From NCBI GenBank assembly GCA_963749655.1, contig CAVVOB010000015.1, forward strand, positions 122,742 through 186,741: a DNA stretch of 64,000 nt. Direction: 5' to 3'. The position numbers and the translations under genes were made by a program. Positions 19,841 through 29,705 of this stretch are shown here, one piece after another (positions within the stretch are counted from its first letter, which is position 1; every line of letters begins with the position of its first letter). Source of the stretch: Nitrospirota bacterium. GTDB taxonomy: Bacteria > Nitrospirota > UBA9217. The notes beneath the pieces were generated by a model. That model was given only the letters and a program-made list of their open reading frames with translations. It was not told the DNA's origin and searched no databases.

Positions 19841-20994
19841 TGCGGCTCCCGGTGGCGGATCAGGCGGAAGAAATGGTCCACAAGCTGCGGATTGAATGCC
19901 GATCCGCTGCCTTTCCGCAGGACCTCGATGATACGCTCATAGGGTATCGCACCCTGGTAGGCGCGGCGGCTTCTCATGGCGTCGAACACGTCTGCAATGG
20001 AGATCATCTGGCTCGTAATGTTCGGAGTCCATCCCCCTTTGATTGACGGATATCCGCTCCCGTCGAATTTGCGGTGGTGCTCCAGCGCGGCAATGATCGA
20101 CAGCTTGGGGATCCCTTCGATGCCCATGAGATACCGCGCGCCCTTCACCGTGTGGGTCTCGATGGCCTTACGCTCCTCGGGGGTGAGCACCCCCGGCTTG
20201 TTCAGGATCTCATCGGGAATGAATATCTTGCCCACGTCGTGCAGCAGCGATGCGACGCCGATGCTGTGCAGATGGGTGCCGCTGAAACCCAGGCTTTCCG
20301 CCTGGGCCATGGTCAGGATGCACACATTGGTCACATGAGTAAAGGTATACTCGTGGACCGACTTCAGCGTTGCCAGAAGGCTCAGGGGGTTGATCTCCTG
20401 CCGGAATCCCCTGATGAATCCTTTGACCATCTCGTCCACGCCGCGCACGTCTATCCTCCGGTGCCTCTTGGCGGACTGGTAGACCCGCTTCAGCTCTTCA
20501 AGCTCCGCCTCGGTGAGCTCGGATAATTCCTGCATGGCCCGGTCCGCAGCTGCGGACTGGGCTTCCGCCCCTCCGCCGGCGGTCCCGTCTGCAACTCTGA
20601 GCTCGACCTTGCCAAGTTTTATGCCGCTCGTCGACCGCAGCGAAACGGCTTCCGGCGTAGCAAGGTCTCTGACCAGGTCCTGCAGCTCCGGCTTCTGCAT
20701 GCCTGCGACGAAGGAAAGCCGTTCCACCGATTTTTTGCGCAGGATCCGCGTGAAGTTCGACACATAGGCGCTTCCCGGCGGAAGCGGGCGATTGTCAGCG
20801 ACCAGATCATCTCCGATGAGCAGGAGCGTGATGTCCGGCTTCACTTTCAAAAGCCCGTCGATGAGCGCAAAGGCCTTGTCGATATACTGCTGGACCTGCG
20901 GATGGCCGGACGAATAGAGCATGGTGTTCGTCACCGCAGCCGTGATCTGGGCGATCACGCGAACCAGATGGTCATGGATTTCAGGCTGGTTCAT
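19837..20994 (-). CDS. HD-GYP domain protein
   Basis: LHDVGK, HHRKFDGSGYP, IADVFDAM. Confidence 0.9.
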   Translation of the reverse strand: MNQPEIHDHLVRVIAQITAAVTNTMLYSSGHPQVQQYIDKAFALIDGLLKVKPDITLLLIGDDLVADNRPLPPGSAYVSNFTRILRKKSVERLSFVAGMQKPELQDLVRDLATPEAVSLRSTSGIKLGKVELRVADGTAGGGAEAQSAAADRAMQELSELTEAELEELKRVYQSAKRHRRIDVRGVDEMVKGFIRGFRQEINPLSLLATLKSVHEYTFTHVTNVCILTMAQAESLGFSGTHLHSIGVASLLHDVGKIFIPDEILNKPGVLTPEERKAIETHTVKGARYLMGIEGIPKLSIIAALEHHRKFDGSGYPSIKGGWTPNITSQMISIADVFDAMRSRRAYQGAIPYERIIEVLRKGSGSAFNPQLVDHFFRLIRHREPQ

Positions 20995-21018
20995 AGGTCA
21001 GCACCGCTGCAAATAATC

Positions 21019-23289
21019 CTACTTCCGCTCCTTCAATTTTATGCAGATCGCCTTGATCTCCGCATTGCCCGACCGTTCACCGATCGCCAGAAGTCCCTGG
21101 ATGCTTTCTTTCGGATATTGGCCGAGCGTCCTGAACAGCAGCCGCTGCATCTTCGCGCGCCGCTGCGGATAGAGCATGCGCGCCCGTGCCAGCCGCTCCA
21201 GGTCGGGGATCGCCCGGGGATCGCCGATCTCCGCCAGGGCTTTGATGGCTTCTTCATTATCATTGTAGTCCGCCTCGAAGAGGACGATGCGTTTGATCTT
21301 TGCCAGGATGTCGTCGACGACCTCCGTGGTGCGGTACTGGCCGGCCAGGGCGATGGCCTGGAACGCAAGGTCCGGGTCCTTCGAACGGATGGTGTCGCGA
21401 AGCACCTCTACGGCCCCGGGGTCTTTGAGCTTGAGCAGCGTATTGAGCGCCTCCGTGCGGACCACCTGGTCCTGATGCTGCAGCAGCGGCTTCACGACGG
21501 GGATGGATGAAGCCGATCCCGCCCGCCGGATGAGGATCAGCAGGTTGCGGACGTAATATTTGCGGGGATCGCGCAATCTCTTGTGCGCTTCGCGCACGCC
21601 CGCCTCTCCGAACATGCAGAGAAGGTTGAAAACGACCCGTCTTCCGCCGGGCGCCTCGTCCTTGCCGTAAATATCGAGGAGCCCGGGTATGGTCGCCGAG
21701 CCCAGGGACAGGATCAGGCCGGCGGCCTCCTGGCCCTTATCCTTCATCCACATTTCGAAGGCACGGAGCGCTTTCGCGATGAATTCGGGCGTGAAAAAGA
21801 CCTTGCGCGCCTCCGCGGCCGCTTCGCGGATCCCCTTGACGGATTTCTCGCTCATATGCCGCCGAAGCGTTTCGGAGATGTCCCAGAGCAGCATGAAATT
21901 TCCCGTCACGAGGAAGCCGGCCATGATGGCGGAAAGTTTCCGGGCGAACTCGCGGTAGTCTTCCTCGTCGATGTCCTCCTCCATGAAGGCGATGAGGGCC
22001 CTGCCGACCTGAAAATCAAGGTGGTCGTCTTCCAGCGTCCGCGCATATTCCTCCACCGGGATCTTTTCCCCGACAGCCACTGCGGTTTCCGACAGGCGCT
22101 TCAGCATTTCGCTGTATTCATCGGGAACATACTCCTCGTATTGCTCCCGGTCAAAGAGCTTTTCCATGTGCTCAGGAAGGATGAGCGATGAAAAATCCAC
22201 ATCCCCCTGATCGGCTGCCTCGGGCCCGCCGTGCTGCGCTTCAAATCCCTGGGAATGAGCGCGCGTCAGCTTGCCGACGAGTCCCGTGAGCGTGGGCGAT
22301 ATCTCCCGGCCCTCCGAGCTCGCCTGGGAGATCATGTCGATCACAATGTCGTCGGGAAATCCGCCCAGCAGCTCCTCATCGGCAACGCCCTGGGTGTGCG
22401 TGGAAATGCGCTGGAACGCCACGGACAGGAATTGCTTCCGGAGCTCGGGATGGAGGTCTTTCAAGAGCGTATTCAGGTTCGACATGGTCGCGGACTGCTC
22501 CCCGGTAAGCTCTTTCTTTTCCGCCCGCACGCGGACGTGCTCCGAGATGATGCGGTCGTAGCTCTGGAGCGCCGCGCCGGCATCGAGCTTTCGCTCATTC
22601 AGGAGCTGTGCCAGCTCCGCCGGATCGATCTCCCCGTCCTTTGCAGCGATCCCCTCCCCCGGACCGGCGAGCGTCCCTGCCGTCAAATGGGCGACAAAAT
22701 CCTGCCACAGGCCTGATCCGGGCTTTTTCTTATCCGTGCCCGACTCGGTCCTGTCGGCCCGCGTCTGCACTATTTCCTGCTCTTCCGTTACGTGGAAGCG
22801 GCCGTAATCAATGACCTGGATCCGGATGTGGGGGATGCCTGCGTCCGTCATGACTTTGCCGGCGCCGCCCCCGGCCCTGATGTCCTCGGGTTTTGTAGTG
22901 ATGATCCGGTGAAATTTCACCAGCTCATCCTTGGTCAGACCGCGGACGAAAGTGACCGAGGCGATCTCCTGCTGGTTGAGGGAAAGGGCAAAATCACGAT
23001 AGACCGGGTTCTTCTGGTCGAGGTAGTCCTGCCCCACGAGCAGCGTGTCCTTGGCAACGCCGAGGGTCATCTCTGCCCGGATCTCAAAGAGCTTCTGAAG
23101 AATGCGGTAGGCCCGGTCAATGCTTCGGGTTATCTGGATATGACCGGGCGGGTAGATCCCGACGTTCTTCCGGGAAATATTGAGCTCAATGACTGCTTCG
23201 GAGAGAAGACGGGTGTCGAGGGGAATTTCCTTTTCCGTGCGGGCAGCAGGAGATTGCGGTAGACTATTTTTTTCCTGCTTTTCATTCAT
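21019..23289 (-). CDS. HEAT-repeat protein
   Basis: YPPGH N-terminal motif similar to the HD-GYP N-terminus; C-terminal HEAT repeats (DPRKYYVRN, VRTEALNTL, LAEIGDPRAIP). Confidence 0.8.
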   Translation of the reverse strand: MNEKQEKNSLPQSPAARTEKEIPLDTRLLSEAVIELNISRKNVGIYPPGHIQITRSIDRAYRILQKLFEIRAEMTLGVAKDTLLVGQDYLDQKNPVYRDFALSLNQQEIASVTFVRGLTKDELVKFHRIITTKPEDIRAGGGAGKVMTDAGIPHIRIQVIDYGRFHVTEEQEIVQTRADRTESGTDKKKPGSGLWQDFVAHLTAGTLAGPGEGIAAKDGEIDPAELAQLLNERKLDAGAALQSYDRIISEHVRVRAEKKELTGEQSATMSNLNTLLKDLHPELRKQFLSVAFQRISTHTQGVADEELLGGFPDDIVIDMISQASSEGREISPTLTGLVGKLTRAHSQGFEAQHGGPEAADQGDVDFSSLILPEHMEKLFDREQYEEYVPDEYSEMLKRLSETAVAVGEKIPVEEYARTLEDDHLDFQVGRALIAFMEEDIDEEDYREFARKLSAIMAGFLVTGNFMLLWDISETLRRHMSEKSVKGIREAAAEARKVFFTPEFIAKALRAFEMWMKDKGQEAAGLILSLGSATIPGLLDIYGKDEAPGGRRVVFNLLCMFGEAGVREAHKRLRDPRKYYVRNLLILIRRAGSASSIPVVKPLLQHQDQVVRTEALNTLLKLKDPGAVEVLRDTIRSKDPDLAFQAIALAGQYRTTEVVDDILAKIKRIVLFEADYNDNEEAIKALAEIGDPRAIPDLERLARARMLYPQRRAKMQRLLFRTLGQYPKESIQGLLAIGERSGNAEIKAICIKLKERK

Positions 23290-23557
23290 GATACTATTAT
23301 ATCCGGATTTGTCCGCTTTTCCAGAAGAATTGATACAAACTGCAGCTTCCCGCTTCATTCCTTCCTCCCCGCCGCGTTCAGAGGGGTCGGGAACCGGCGT
23401 TCACCTCAGTCATATTATCAATGTCGATGCGCGAAAAAAGCCCAACAGCGTTCTCTGCCGGCCGCCGGAATACATGCCATATGCTATAATCAACTTGTGC
23501 TTGCCCGATCAACAGGAAAGGACAGCCGCATAAAACACAACTGCGCACGAGACACCG

Positions 23558-24601
23558 ATGATATTCAAAGTTTTTAAAAAAGAAGAGCTGAAGACGTTTT
23601 TTGAGCGGCTTGCCGAGGACAACACGGTCGTCGGTCCCGTCCAGACCGGCATCGACCGGTCTGGAAAGCCGCTCTATCAGTTCGAGCAGGTGTCGGACTT
23701 CGAAAAAGTGCGCCTCGACTACACCACGACCAAGCTTCCCGCAAAACGGTATTTTCTGCCCTATCGTGAAGCAATGGCGACCTTCCGGTTCGAGAACAAC
23801 GACTGGCAGAAAAACATCGACTTCAACATCGACAGGCCCTACGTCTTTTTCGGGCTTCACGCCTGCGACATCAATGCGCTCAACAGGCTGGACAAGGTCC
23901 TGATGGGCGCCACCTACCCCATGCCCTATTACGCGGCAAAGCGCATGAACATGTTCATCATCGGCGTCGACTGCCGGCCGCAGCCGTTCTGCTTCTGCCG
24001 ATCCATGGGCGCGGACACCGTCACCCACGGATTCGACCTGTTCCTGACCGATATCGGCGACCGCTATTTCGCCGAGATCATGTCCGCTACGGCGTTCGAC
24101 TTCCTGAACATGATCAAAACGTCGGAGCCGGACGAAGACGACCATGTGCGCTACATGAAGGTCGTTGCCGAGAAGAACAAGCAGTTCACCGCCCATGTCG
24201 ACACGTCGGACCTCACCAAGATTCTCGACATGGAGTTCCAGTCCCCGGTCTGGAAGCAATGGGGCGATAAATGCCTGGGCTGCGGCACCTGCGCCAATGT
24301 CTGTCCCACCTGCTATTGCTACGGCGTCGAGGAAACGGTGCGCGTCGACTTGAAGGGCGCGGACAAGAACAAGACGCTCTATTCCTGCAACGTCATCGAC
24401 TTTGCCGAGGTCGCCGGCGGCCATAATTTCAGGCCCGAGCGGTCCACAAGGCTCAAATACCGCTACTATCACAAGCACCGCGGGTTCGTCGAGGCCTTCG
24501 AGGAATCGCTCTGCGTCGGCTGCGGCCGGTGCGGCGAGGCCTGCCTGGCCGGCATCACGGTCCCCGAGGTCATTGCCAGCGTGCGGGGAGAGGAGCCGTA
24601 A
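23558..24601 (+). CDS. hydB: Group 3b [NiFe]-hydrogenase/sulfhydrogenase beta subunit (4Fe-4S)
   Basis: CLGCGTCANVCPTCYC and CVGCGRCGEAC ferredoxin motifs; GLHACD. Confidence 0.85.
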   Translation: MIFKVFKKEELKTFFERLAEDNTVVGPVQTGIDRSGKPLYQFEQVSDFEKVRLDYTTTKLPAKRYFLPYREAMATFRFENNDWQKNIDFNIDRPYVFFGLHACDINALNRLDKVLMGATYPMPYYAAKRMNMFIIGVDCRPQPFCFCRSMGADTVTHGFDLFLTDIGDRYFAEIMSATAFDFLNMIKTSEPDEDDHVRYMKVVAEKNKQFTAHVDTSDLTKILDMEFQSPVWKQWGDKCLGCGTCANVCPTCYCYGVEETVRVDLKGADKNKTLYSCNVIDFAEVAGGHNFRPERSTRLKYRYYHKHRGFVEAFEESLCVGCGRCGEACLAGITVPEVIASVRGEEP

Positions 24602-24602
24602 G

Positions 24603-25506
24603 ATGGACCACCGCCTGCGCTTCCATGAAGTGATCCCTGCACGGAAATGGCAGAGGAAATCCGACCTCGGCAGCTACGAGTACACCTACAAGGCCGAGAT
24701 CACGAGCATCTACAAGCTCACTGATTTCGAGAACCTCTACCGCATCCGGCTGGTCGATGACGACGACCGCAGGCACTTCTCCTTCCGGCCCGGCCAGTTC
24801 ATCATGCTGGAGGTGCCCGGCGTGGGCGAGGCCCCCTTCTCCATCTCTTCGTCGCCGAGCAACCGTGAGGACATAGAGCTCTGCATCCGCACCGCGGGGA
24901 ACCTCACCGCCTTTCTCAGCCGGGCCATGCGCGGCATGCTCGTAGGCGTGCGCGGCCCCTTCGGGACCAGCTTTCCCATGGAGCGGATGCACGGACGGGA
25001 ACATTCTTCTCATCGCCGGCGGCCTGGGGCTCGCCCCTCTGCGTTCTCCTATTGCCCACGTGCAGGAGCACCGCAGCAGATTCGACCATGTCGACATCAT
25101 CTACGGCACCAAGGACCCGTCCCGTCTCCTGTTCAAGTACCAGTACGAAATGTGGAAGAAGGACGACATCAATCTCCACATCATCATGGAAAAAGCCGAT
25201 CCTGCGTGGACAGGGCCCGTGGGCATGATCACGAAAGTGCTGGAGGAGATCATCGCGAAGCGCGACGCCTCGTTCATCAACAACACCTATGCCGTCGTGT
25301 GCGGCCCCCCGGTCATGTTCAAGTTCGTCTGCGATATGCTGTCGGCGAAGGGCGTGTCGATGCAGAAAATGTTCGTCTCCCTCGAGCGGCGCATGCACTG
25401 CGGCATGGGGAAGTGCTGCAGGTGCAACGTGGGCTCGACCTATACCTGTCTGTCCGGCCCAGTCTTCGACTACTGGACCGTGATGAACCTGAAAGAGGCG
25501 ATTTGA
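24603..25506 (+). CDS. hydG: Group 3b hydrogenase gamma subunit (FAD/NAD(P)-binding, 2Fe-2S); one frameshift near 24990
   Basis: RPGQF...GEAPFSISS...RGPFG, then a second frame with [10 protein letters not shown]...CGPPVM...[14 protein letters not shown]. Confidence 0.85.
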
Positions 25507-25577
25507 TACTGCGACAAAACTTTCCCGCAGAGACGCGGAGGCGCGGAGTAAAGCCTCGTAAATTACTCTACACAGCT

Positions 25578-25656
25578 CGTCATCCCCGAATGCCTCTGTC
25601 GGGGATCCAGTGATTTTCCTGTAATCTCTGGATGCCGGATCAAGTCCGGCATGACG
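25578..25656. repeat. GTCAT...ATGAC double-hairpin REP-like element
   Basis: CGTCATCCCCGAATGCCTCTGTCGGGGATCCAG...CTGGATGCCGGATCAAGTCCGGCATGACG; relatives at 36950-37034, 47005-47063 and inside both MITEs. Confidence 0.7.
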
Positions 25657-25681
25657 GCAAAGGACTTAAAAGAGTGACACG

Positions 25682-26491
25682 ATGAAATCATCCAAAGAAA
25701 CGACTCGAACCTTCCTCGGTATCCCTCTCGCAAAACCGAAGGTTGCGTTCTTCGAACTTTCCTCCTGCGAGGGCTGCCAGCTCCAGATCGTGAACAACGA
25801 GGCGTCGCTGCTCGATTTCCTCTCCCTCGTCGAGGTGGTCGCCTTCCGCGAAGCCATGACCGAGAAGAGCGACGACTACGCCATAGCCTTCGTGGAAGGC
25901 AGCGTGACGCGCGCCGATGAGATCGAGCGGCTCAAGACGATCAGAAAGAACACAAAGGTCCTCGTTGCCTTCGGTTCCTGCGCCTGCTTCGGCGGCGTGA
26001 ACCAGCTCAAGAACCGGTTTCGCGATCCCGCCTGGGTACAGAAGCAGGTCTACGGCAGTCATCCGGTCGTTACAAACGACACTGCCCAACCGCTGGAAGC
26101 CTTCGTTCCCGTGGACCTCAAGATCTACGGCTGCCCGGTGAAAAAGGAAGAGGTTGAAAAGATCGTGACGAACGCGGTCCTGGGCAAGTCCATCGTCCAC
26201 CCCAAGTATCCGGTCTGCATGGAATGCAAGGCGAACGAGAACACCTGCCTCTTCGACATCGGCGAGCCCTGTCTCGGCCCGATCACGCGCGGCGGCTGCG
26301 ATTCCTGGTGTCCGAACAACAGGTTCGGCTGCTGGGGGTGCCGGGGCCCGGCGGACGATGCCAATGTGGAGCAGATGAAGGTGATCATGAAGGAGCGCGG
26401 GTTCTCCGAGGAGACCATGCTGGACCGGCTGGAATGTTTCGGGGGCTTTGCGCAGCATGCGGAGACGCTCAGAAACGGCATGAAACGATAA
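25682..26491 (+). CDS. hydD: Group 3b hydrogenase small (delta) subunit
   Basis: SSCEGC, GSCACFGG, GCP, VCMEC, CLGPITRGGC, CWGCRG. Confidence 0.9.
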   Translation: MKSSKETTRTFLGIPLAKPKVAFFELSSCEGCQLQIVNNEASLLDFLSLVEVVAFREAMTEKSDDYAIAFVEGSVTRADEIERLKTIRKNTKVLVAFGSCACFGGVNQLKNRFRDPAWVQKQVYGSHPVVTNDTAQPLEAFVPVDLKIYGCPVKKEEVEKIVTNAVLGKSIVHPKYPVCMECKANENTCLFDIGEPCLGPITRGGCDSWCPNNRFGCWGCRGPADDANVEQMKVIMKERGFSEETMLDRLECFGGFAQHAETLRNGMKR

Positions 26492-26603
26492 AGTGCTATT
26501 TTTGCCACGAATTAACGCGAATTTTCACGAATCAAGTCCAAGACTCTGCTTTAATCCGTGTCAATCTGTGTAAATTCGTGGCTCAAGCAGTGAAGGGACT
26601 CCT

Positions 26604-27878
26604 ATGAAATCTACCCGCACCATCGACATCCACCACGTGAGCCGGGTCGAAGGACACGGCAATATCAAAATATCCATACGCGACGGAAAGCTCGAAGAGG
26701 CCCGCTGGGAAGTGGTGGAAACGCCGCGCTTCTTCGAGGCGATGCTCGTGGGCAAAAAATGGGAGAACGCGCCCTGGATCAGCGGCCGCATCTGCGGGAT
26801 CTGCTCCATCGGACATACGCTGGCCTCCATCAGGGCGGTCGAGAACGCTTTCGGCATCGAACCCACGGAGCAGACGCGGAAACTGCGCCTGCTGCTCAAG
26901 CACATGGAGACGCTCCAGAGCCATATCCTCCACCTGTACTTTCTCGCCGCCCCCGACTTCCTGAACGCAGGCAGCGTTTTCCCGCTCATCGATTCGCACC
27001 CCGACGTGGTGAAGCGCGCGGCGAACCTGAAGCTGCTGGCGAACGACATGTGCGACTGCATCGGCGGCAGACGCCTTCATCCGACCCGGACCGTCGTGGG
27101 CGGGTTCACCATGCTTCCGGAAAAGCGGGACCTGATCCAGTTCAAGCTGCGCCTGCAGGATGCCAAAGACGACCTCGTGCGGACAGCCGAATTGTTCCGT
27201 TCCTTTGCCATACCCGATTTTGTGCGCGAAACCGAGTTCGTCTCGCTCAAGGGAAAGGGCCGCTACCCCTTCATCGGCGGGGACCTCGTATCCACCGACG
27301 GCGTGGTAAAGAGGGAGCATGAATACAAGGCCATGACCAACGAGTATATCGTGGAACAGTCCACGTCGAAGTGGAGCCGCCTATCGCGCGAATCCTTTGC
27401 CGTGGGAGCGCTGGCGCGGCTTAACAACAATTTTGCCCTTCTCCATCCCGTAGCACGGGAGCTGTCGGAGAGTTTCGGGCTCAGGCCCGTATGCCACAAT
27501 CCCTACATGAACAACGTGGCCCAGCTTGTCGAATCCCTGCACGTGGTCCTGGAATCCATCGATCTGATAGACGAGCTTGCGGGCATGGCGTGGCAGGAGC
27601 CGCGCCGGAAGGTGGAGCCGAAAAGCGGCCTCGGTGTAGGCGCCGTTGAAGTGCCGAGGGGCATCCTCTATCACTCTTACGAGTTCGACAGCGAAGGAAG
27701 AATCACGAATTGCGACTGCGTGATCCCGACGAGCCAGAACCACGCGAACATCCAGCATGACCTCAAGGCGCTCGCCTCCCAATATACCGCCAAAGGATCG
27801 CAGGACCGGGACATCGAGCTTCTGGCCCAGATGCTGGTCCGTTCCTATGACCCCTGCATCTCCTGCTCCGTGCACTGA
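26604..27878 (+). CDS. hydA: Group 3b [NiFe]-hydrogenase large (alpha) subunit
   Basis: SRVEGHG, L1 RICGIC, EVPRG, L2 DPCISCSVH. Confidence 0.93.
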   Translation: MKSTRTIDIHHVSRVEGHGNIKISIRDGKLEEARWEVVETPRFFEAMLVGKKWENAPWISGRICGICSIGHTLASIRAVENAFGIEPTEQTRKLRLLLKHMETLQSHILHLYFLAAPDFLNAGSVFPLIDSHPDVVKRAANLKLLANDMCDCIGGRRLHPTRTVVGGFTMLPEKRDLIQFKLRLQDAKDDLVRTAELFRSFAIPDFVRETEFVSLKGKGRYPFIGGDLVSTDGVVKREHEYKAMTNEYIVEQSTSKWSRLSRESFAVGALARLNNNFALLHPVARELSESFGLRPVCHNPYMNNVAQLVESLHVVLESIDLIDELAGMAWQEPRRKVEPKSGLGVGAVEVPRGILYHSYEFDSEGRITNCDCVIPTSQNHANIQHDLKALASQYTAKGSQDRDIELLAQMLVRSYDPCISCSVH

Positions 27879-27940
27879 GTCTTGCTTAGGGCACCGGGCA
27901 GAGCAGACTGCGCATAGTGCATAGGGCATAGGGTGGAAGC

Positions 27941-28066
27941 CTCTGCTCTTTGCTCTTTGCTCTTTGCTCTTTGCTCTTTGCTCTTTGCCTTCTGCGCTCT
28001 GCCCTCTGCCCTCTGCTCTCTGCCCTCTGCTCTCTGCTCTCTGCCCTCTGCTCTCTGCCCTCTGCT
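27941..28066. repeat. Heptamer simple-sequence run (CTCTTTG / CTCTGCY)n
   Basis: Direct inspection; preceded by GCATAG-type heptamers forming the opposite arm. Confidence 0.9.
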
Positions 28067-28079
28067 TCGGGGAGCGCGT

Positions 28080-28481
28080 TCAGCCCTCTTCCCTTCTTCT
28101 ATTCATCCTGAGCACCAGAAGCAGAAGAAGCAATACTGCGAGGACGTACAGGAGCGGATTCGTCGAATATACATTTTCTTCGATTACCGTCGCGACGCGG
28201 TAGTGGGTGGTAACAACGGTCGTTGTTAACGAATTAACAGGGCTGGCTGATTCCGTCGGTACGCTCTGCAACACCGGTTCCGCTCTTTTCCCCTTCTTTT
28301 CCTTTTTGATCCGAACAGGCCTCCCATCCTTGTCATGGAGATGATACTCCTTGTAGAACAAGTTCCACTCCTCGCACTCTTTCATGCACAAATGTCCGCC
28401 GTACCGGTCTGTTTTGCCCGGATGAGACCAGGCTGTAAGGGGCAGAAAAAGAATAAGGATAAGCATGAGAAGAGGTTTCAT
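28080..28481 (-). CDS. YHYH-like domain exported protein with C-terminal membrane anchor
   Basis: Signal peptide, HPGKTDRYGGHLC...YHLH, C-terminal TM helix followed by RRR. Confidence 0.75.
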   Translation of the reverse strand: MKPLLMLILILFLPLTAWSHPGKTDRYGGHLCMKECEEWNLFYKEYHLHDKDGRPVRIKKEKKGKRAEPVLQSVPTESASPVNSLTTTVVTTHYRVATVIEENVYSTNPLLYVLAVLLLLLLVLRMNRRREEG

Positions 28482-28553
28482 TGCACGAGTTTATCCGAGC
28501 GCCGGGGGAGAGTCAACAAAGCAGTTATAATGCCACGAATACCGTCTTTTTTC

Positions 28554-28582
28554 TTGACAACATCTGTGCGTGATGTTACATT
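28554..28582 (+). promoter_or_regulatory. Sigma70 promoter of tRNA-Ala
   Basis: TTGACA-17bp-TACATT upstream of the tRNA. Confidence 0.7.
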
Positions 28583-28608
28583 AATCGCCTGTTTGGGATG
28601 TACTTTTT

Positions 28609-28684
28609 GGGGCTGTAGCTCAGCTGGGAGAGCACAAGGCTGGCAGTCTTGGGGTCAGGGGTTCGATCCCCCTCAGCTCCACCA
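28609..28684 (+). tRNA. tRNA-Ala (GGC)
   Basis: 76 nt, GGGGCTGTAGCTCAGCTGGGAGAGC...CAAGG-CTGGCAG-TCTTG...GGTTCGATCCCCCTCAGCTCCACCA; G3:U70 Ala determinant; encoded CCA. Confidence 0.96.
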
Positions 28685-28691
28685 AAATAAA

Positions 28692-28724
28692 CAAAGGCTG
28701 GTCATTCATGACCGGCCTTTTTTT
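28692..28724 (+). terminator. Terminator after tRNA-Ala
   Basis: AAAGGCTGGTCA-TTCA-TGACCGGCCTTTTTT. Confidence 0.75.
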
Positions 28725-28842
28725 ATTTTGGTGAGGGGGATCGAACCAAGGGAGTTTGAGGGAAAGGATTTCCCTCATGCTTTAGGGGAGCACACGAGGG
28801 GACTGGTCCCCTCGTGGAGCGAGCATGCGAGCGAGTGAGATT

Positions 28843-28926
28843 CCCCCTCAGCTCCACCAAAAAATAACAAAAGGGTTGACCAATCGGTCAGCCCTTTTTT
28901 GTTGTTGGTGGAATTGGGGATTGAAC
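28843..28926 (+). repeat. Second copy of the tRNA-Ala 3' end plus terminator and antisense tRNA end
   Basis: CCCCCTCAGCTCCACCAAAAA, hairpin AGGGTTGACC/GGTCAGCCCT, then TGGTGGAATTGGGGATTGAAC. Confidence 0.8.
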
Positions 28927-28948
28927 ACAGGAGGTATGGGGGAAGATT

Positions 28949-29323
28949 CTATCGCTTCTTCACATATTTCACGCCTTCAACATCTTTCAAGTCACTGTCC
29001 TGTGTCCAGATAACCGCATTATGAATTCTGGAGGTTGCCACAATTACTGCATCAGCCATGGGTAATTTTAATTCATGGCCGATCTTCGCGGCAGTAACAG
29101 CGGTTCCGCTGTCAAGGTCGATCAACTGTCCCTGCTGCATCAATGCAATTGCCTGCAATGCCGCATCCTCGCCTCGCTGTTGCAGGACCCGTTTGAATAC
29201 TTCCAGGATGCAGAGCGTCGGGACAAGAAGATCCTCGGTGTCTTCAATGGCAGGGGCGAAGAAACCCGCATTCGATCCATCCGCAAGATATTCGAGCCAT
29301 CCACAGGAATCGACGAGGTTCAT
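28949..29323 (-). CDS. vapC: PIN-domain (VapC) toxin
   Basis: VDSCGWLE, LEV, MADAVI, TQDSD acidic PIN motifs. Confidence 0.9.
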   Translation of the reverse strand: MNLVDSCGWLEYLADGSNAGFFAPAIEDTEDLLVPTLCILEVFKRVLQQRGEDAALQAIALMQQGQLIDLDSGTAVTAAKIGHELKLPMADAVIVATSRIHNAVIWTQDSDLKDVEGVKYVKKR

Positions 29324-29526
29324 ACGCGATCTTTTTCCCTGTTCACCGTCGTATCAATCCCCTTCAGAAAGCCGCGCATGGACTTCACCTTCTTAACCGG
29401 AACGAGTTCGATACGATTTGCGTAATGAATGACCTGCATCTTCTCTCCCGGTTTGATACTAAGAGTTTCGCGAACATCACGCGGGATAACAACCTGATAT
29501 TTCGGGGAAACAGTGACGGTTTTCAT
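29320..29526 (-). CDS. vapB: AbrB/MazE-type antitoxin
   Basis: TVSPKYQVVIPRDVRETLSIKPG; overlaps the toxin start. Confidence 0.9.
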   Translation of the reverse strand: MKTVTVSPKYQVVIPRDVRETLSIKPGEKMQVIHYANRIELVPVKKVKSMRGFLKGIDTTVNREKDRV

Positions 29527-29705
29527 AGTGCCCTCCATCGATAGGCTATACGTATTACTATATCACCATCGATGAGCCATGGCAAGAAAAAATCCAAATC
29601 TGTCGACGGGGTAAAAAAGAGATTGGTGATGGATGATAGATGGCGAATGGCAGTGAGATGACGGCCTTTTCGTCCGGCGCAAGTGACGTGAAAGAACCGC
29701 GCGGA

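Noticed and set aside
24960-25020. Programmed ribosomal frameshift in hydG (also considered for mgtA and ackA)
   Set aside because: No evident slippery site or stimulator, and frameshifts are scattered over many unrelated genes, which favours sequencing error
26604-27878. Selenocysteine-containing hydrogenase
   Set aside because: Both CxxC motifs use Cys codons; the TGA follows the terminal His
27933-28229. ORFs with ALCSLL/PSALC repeats
   Set aside because: Translation of a heptamer simple repeat; overlaps the YHYH-like gene on the opposite strand
28843-28860. Second tRNA gene
   Set aside because: Only the 3' ~17 nt is present; no D-arm or anticodon arm
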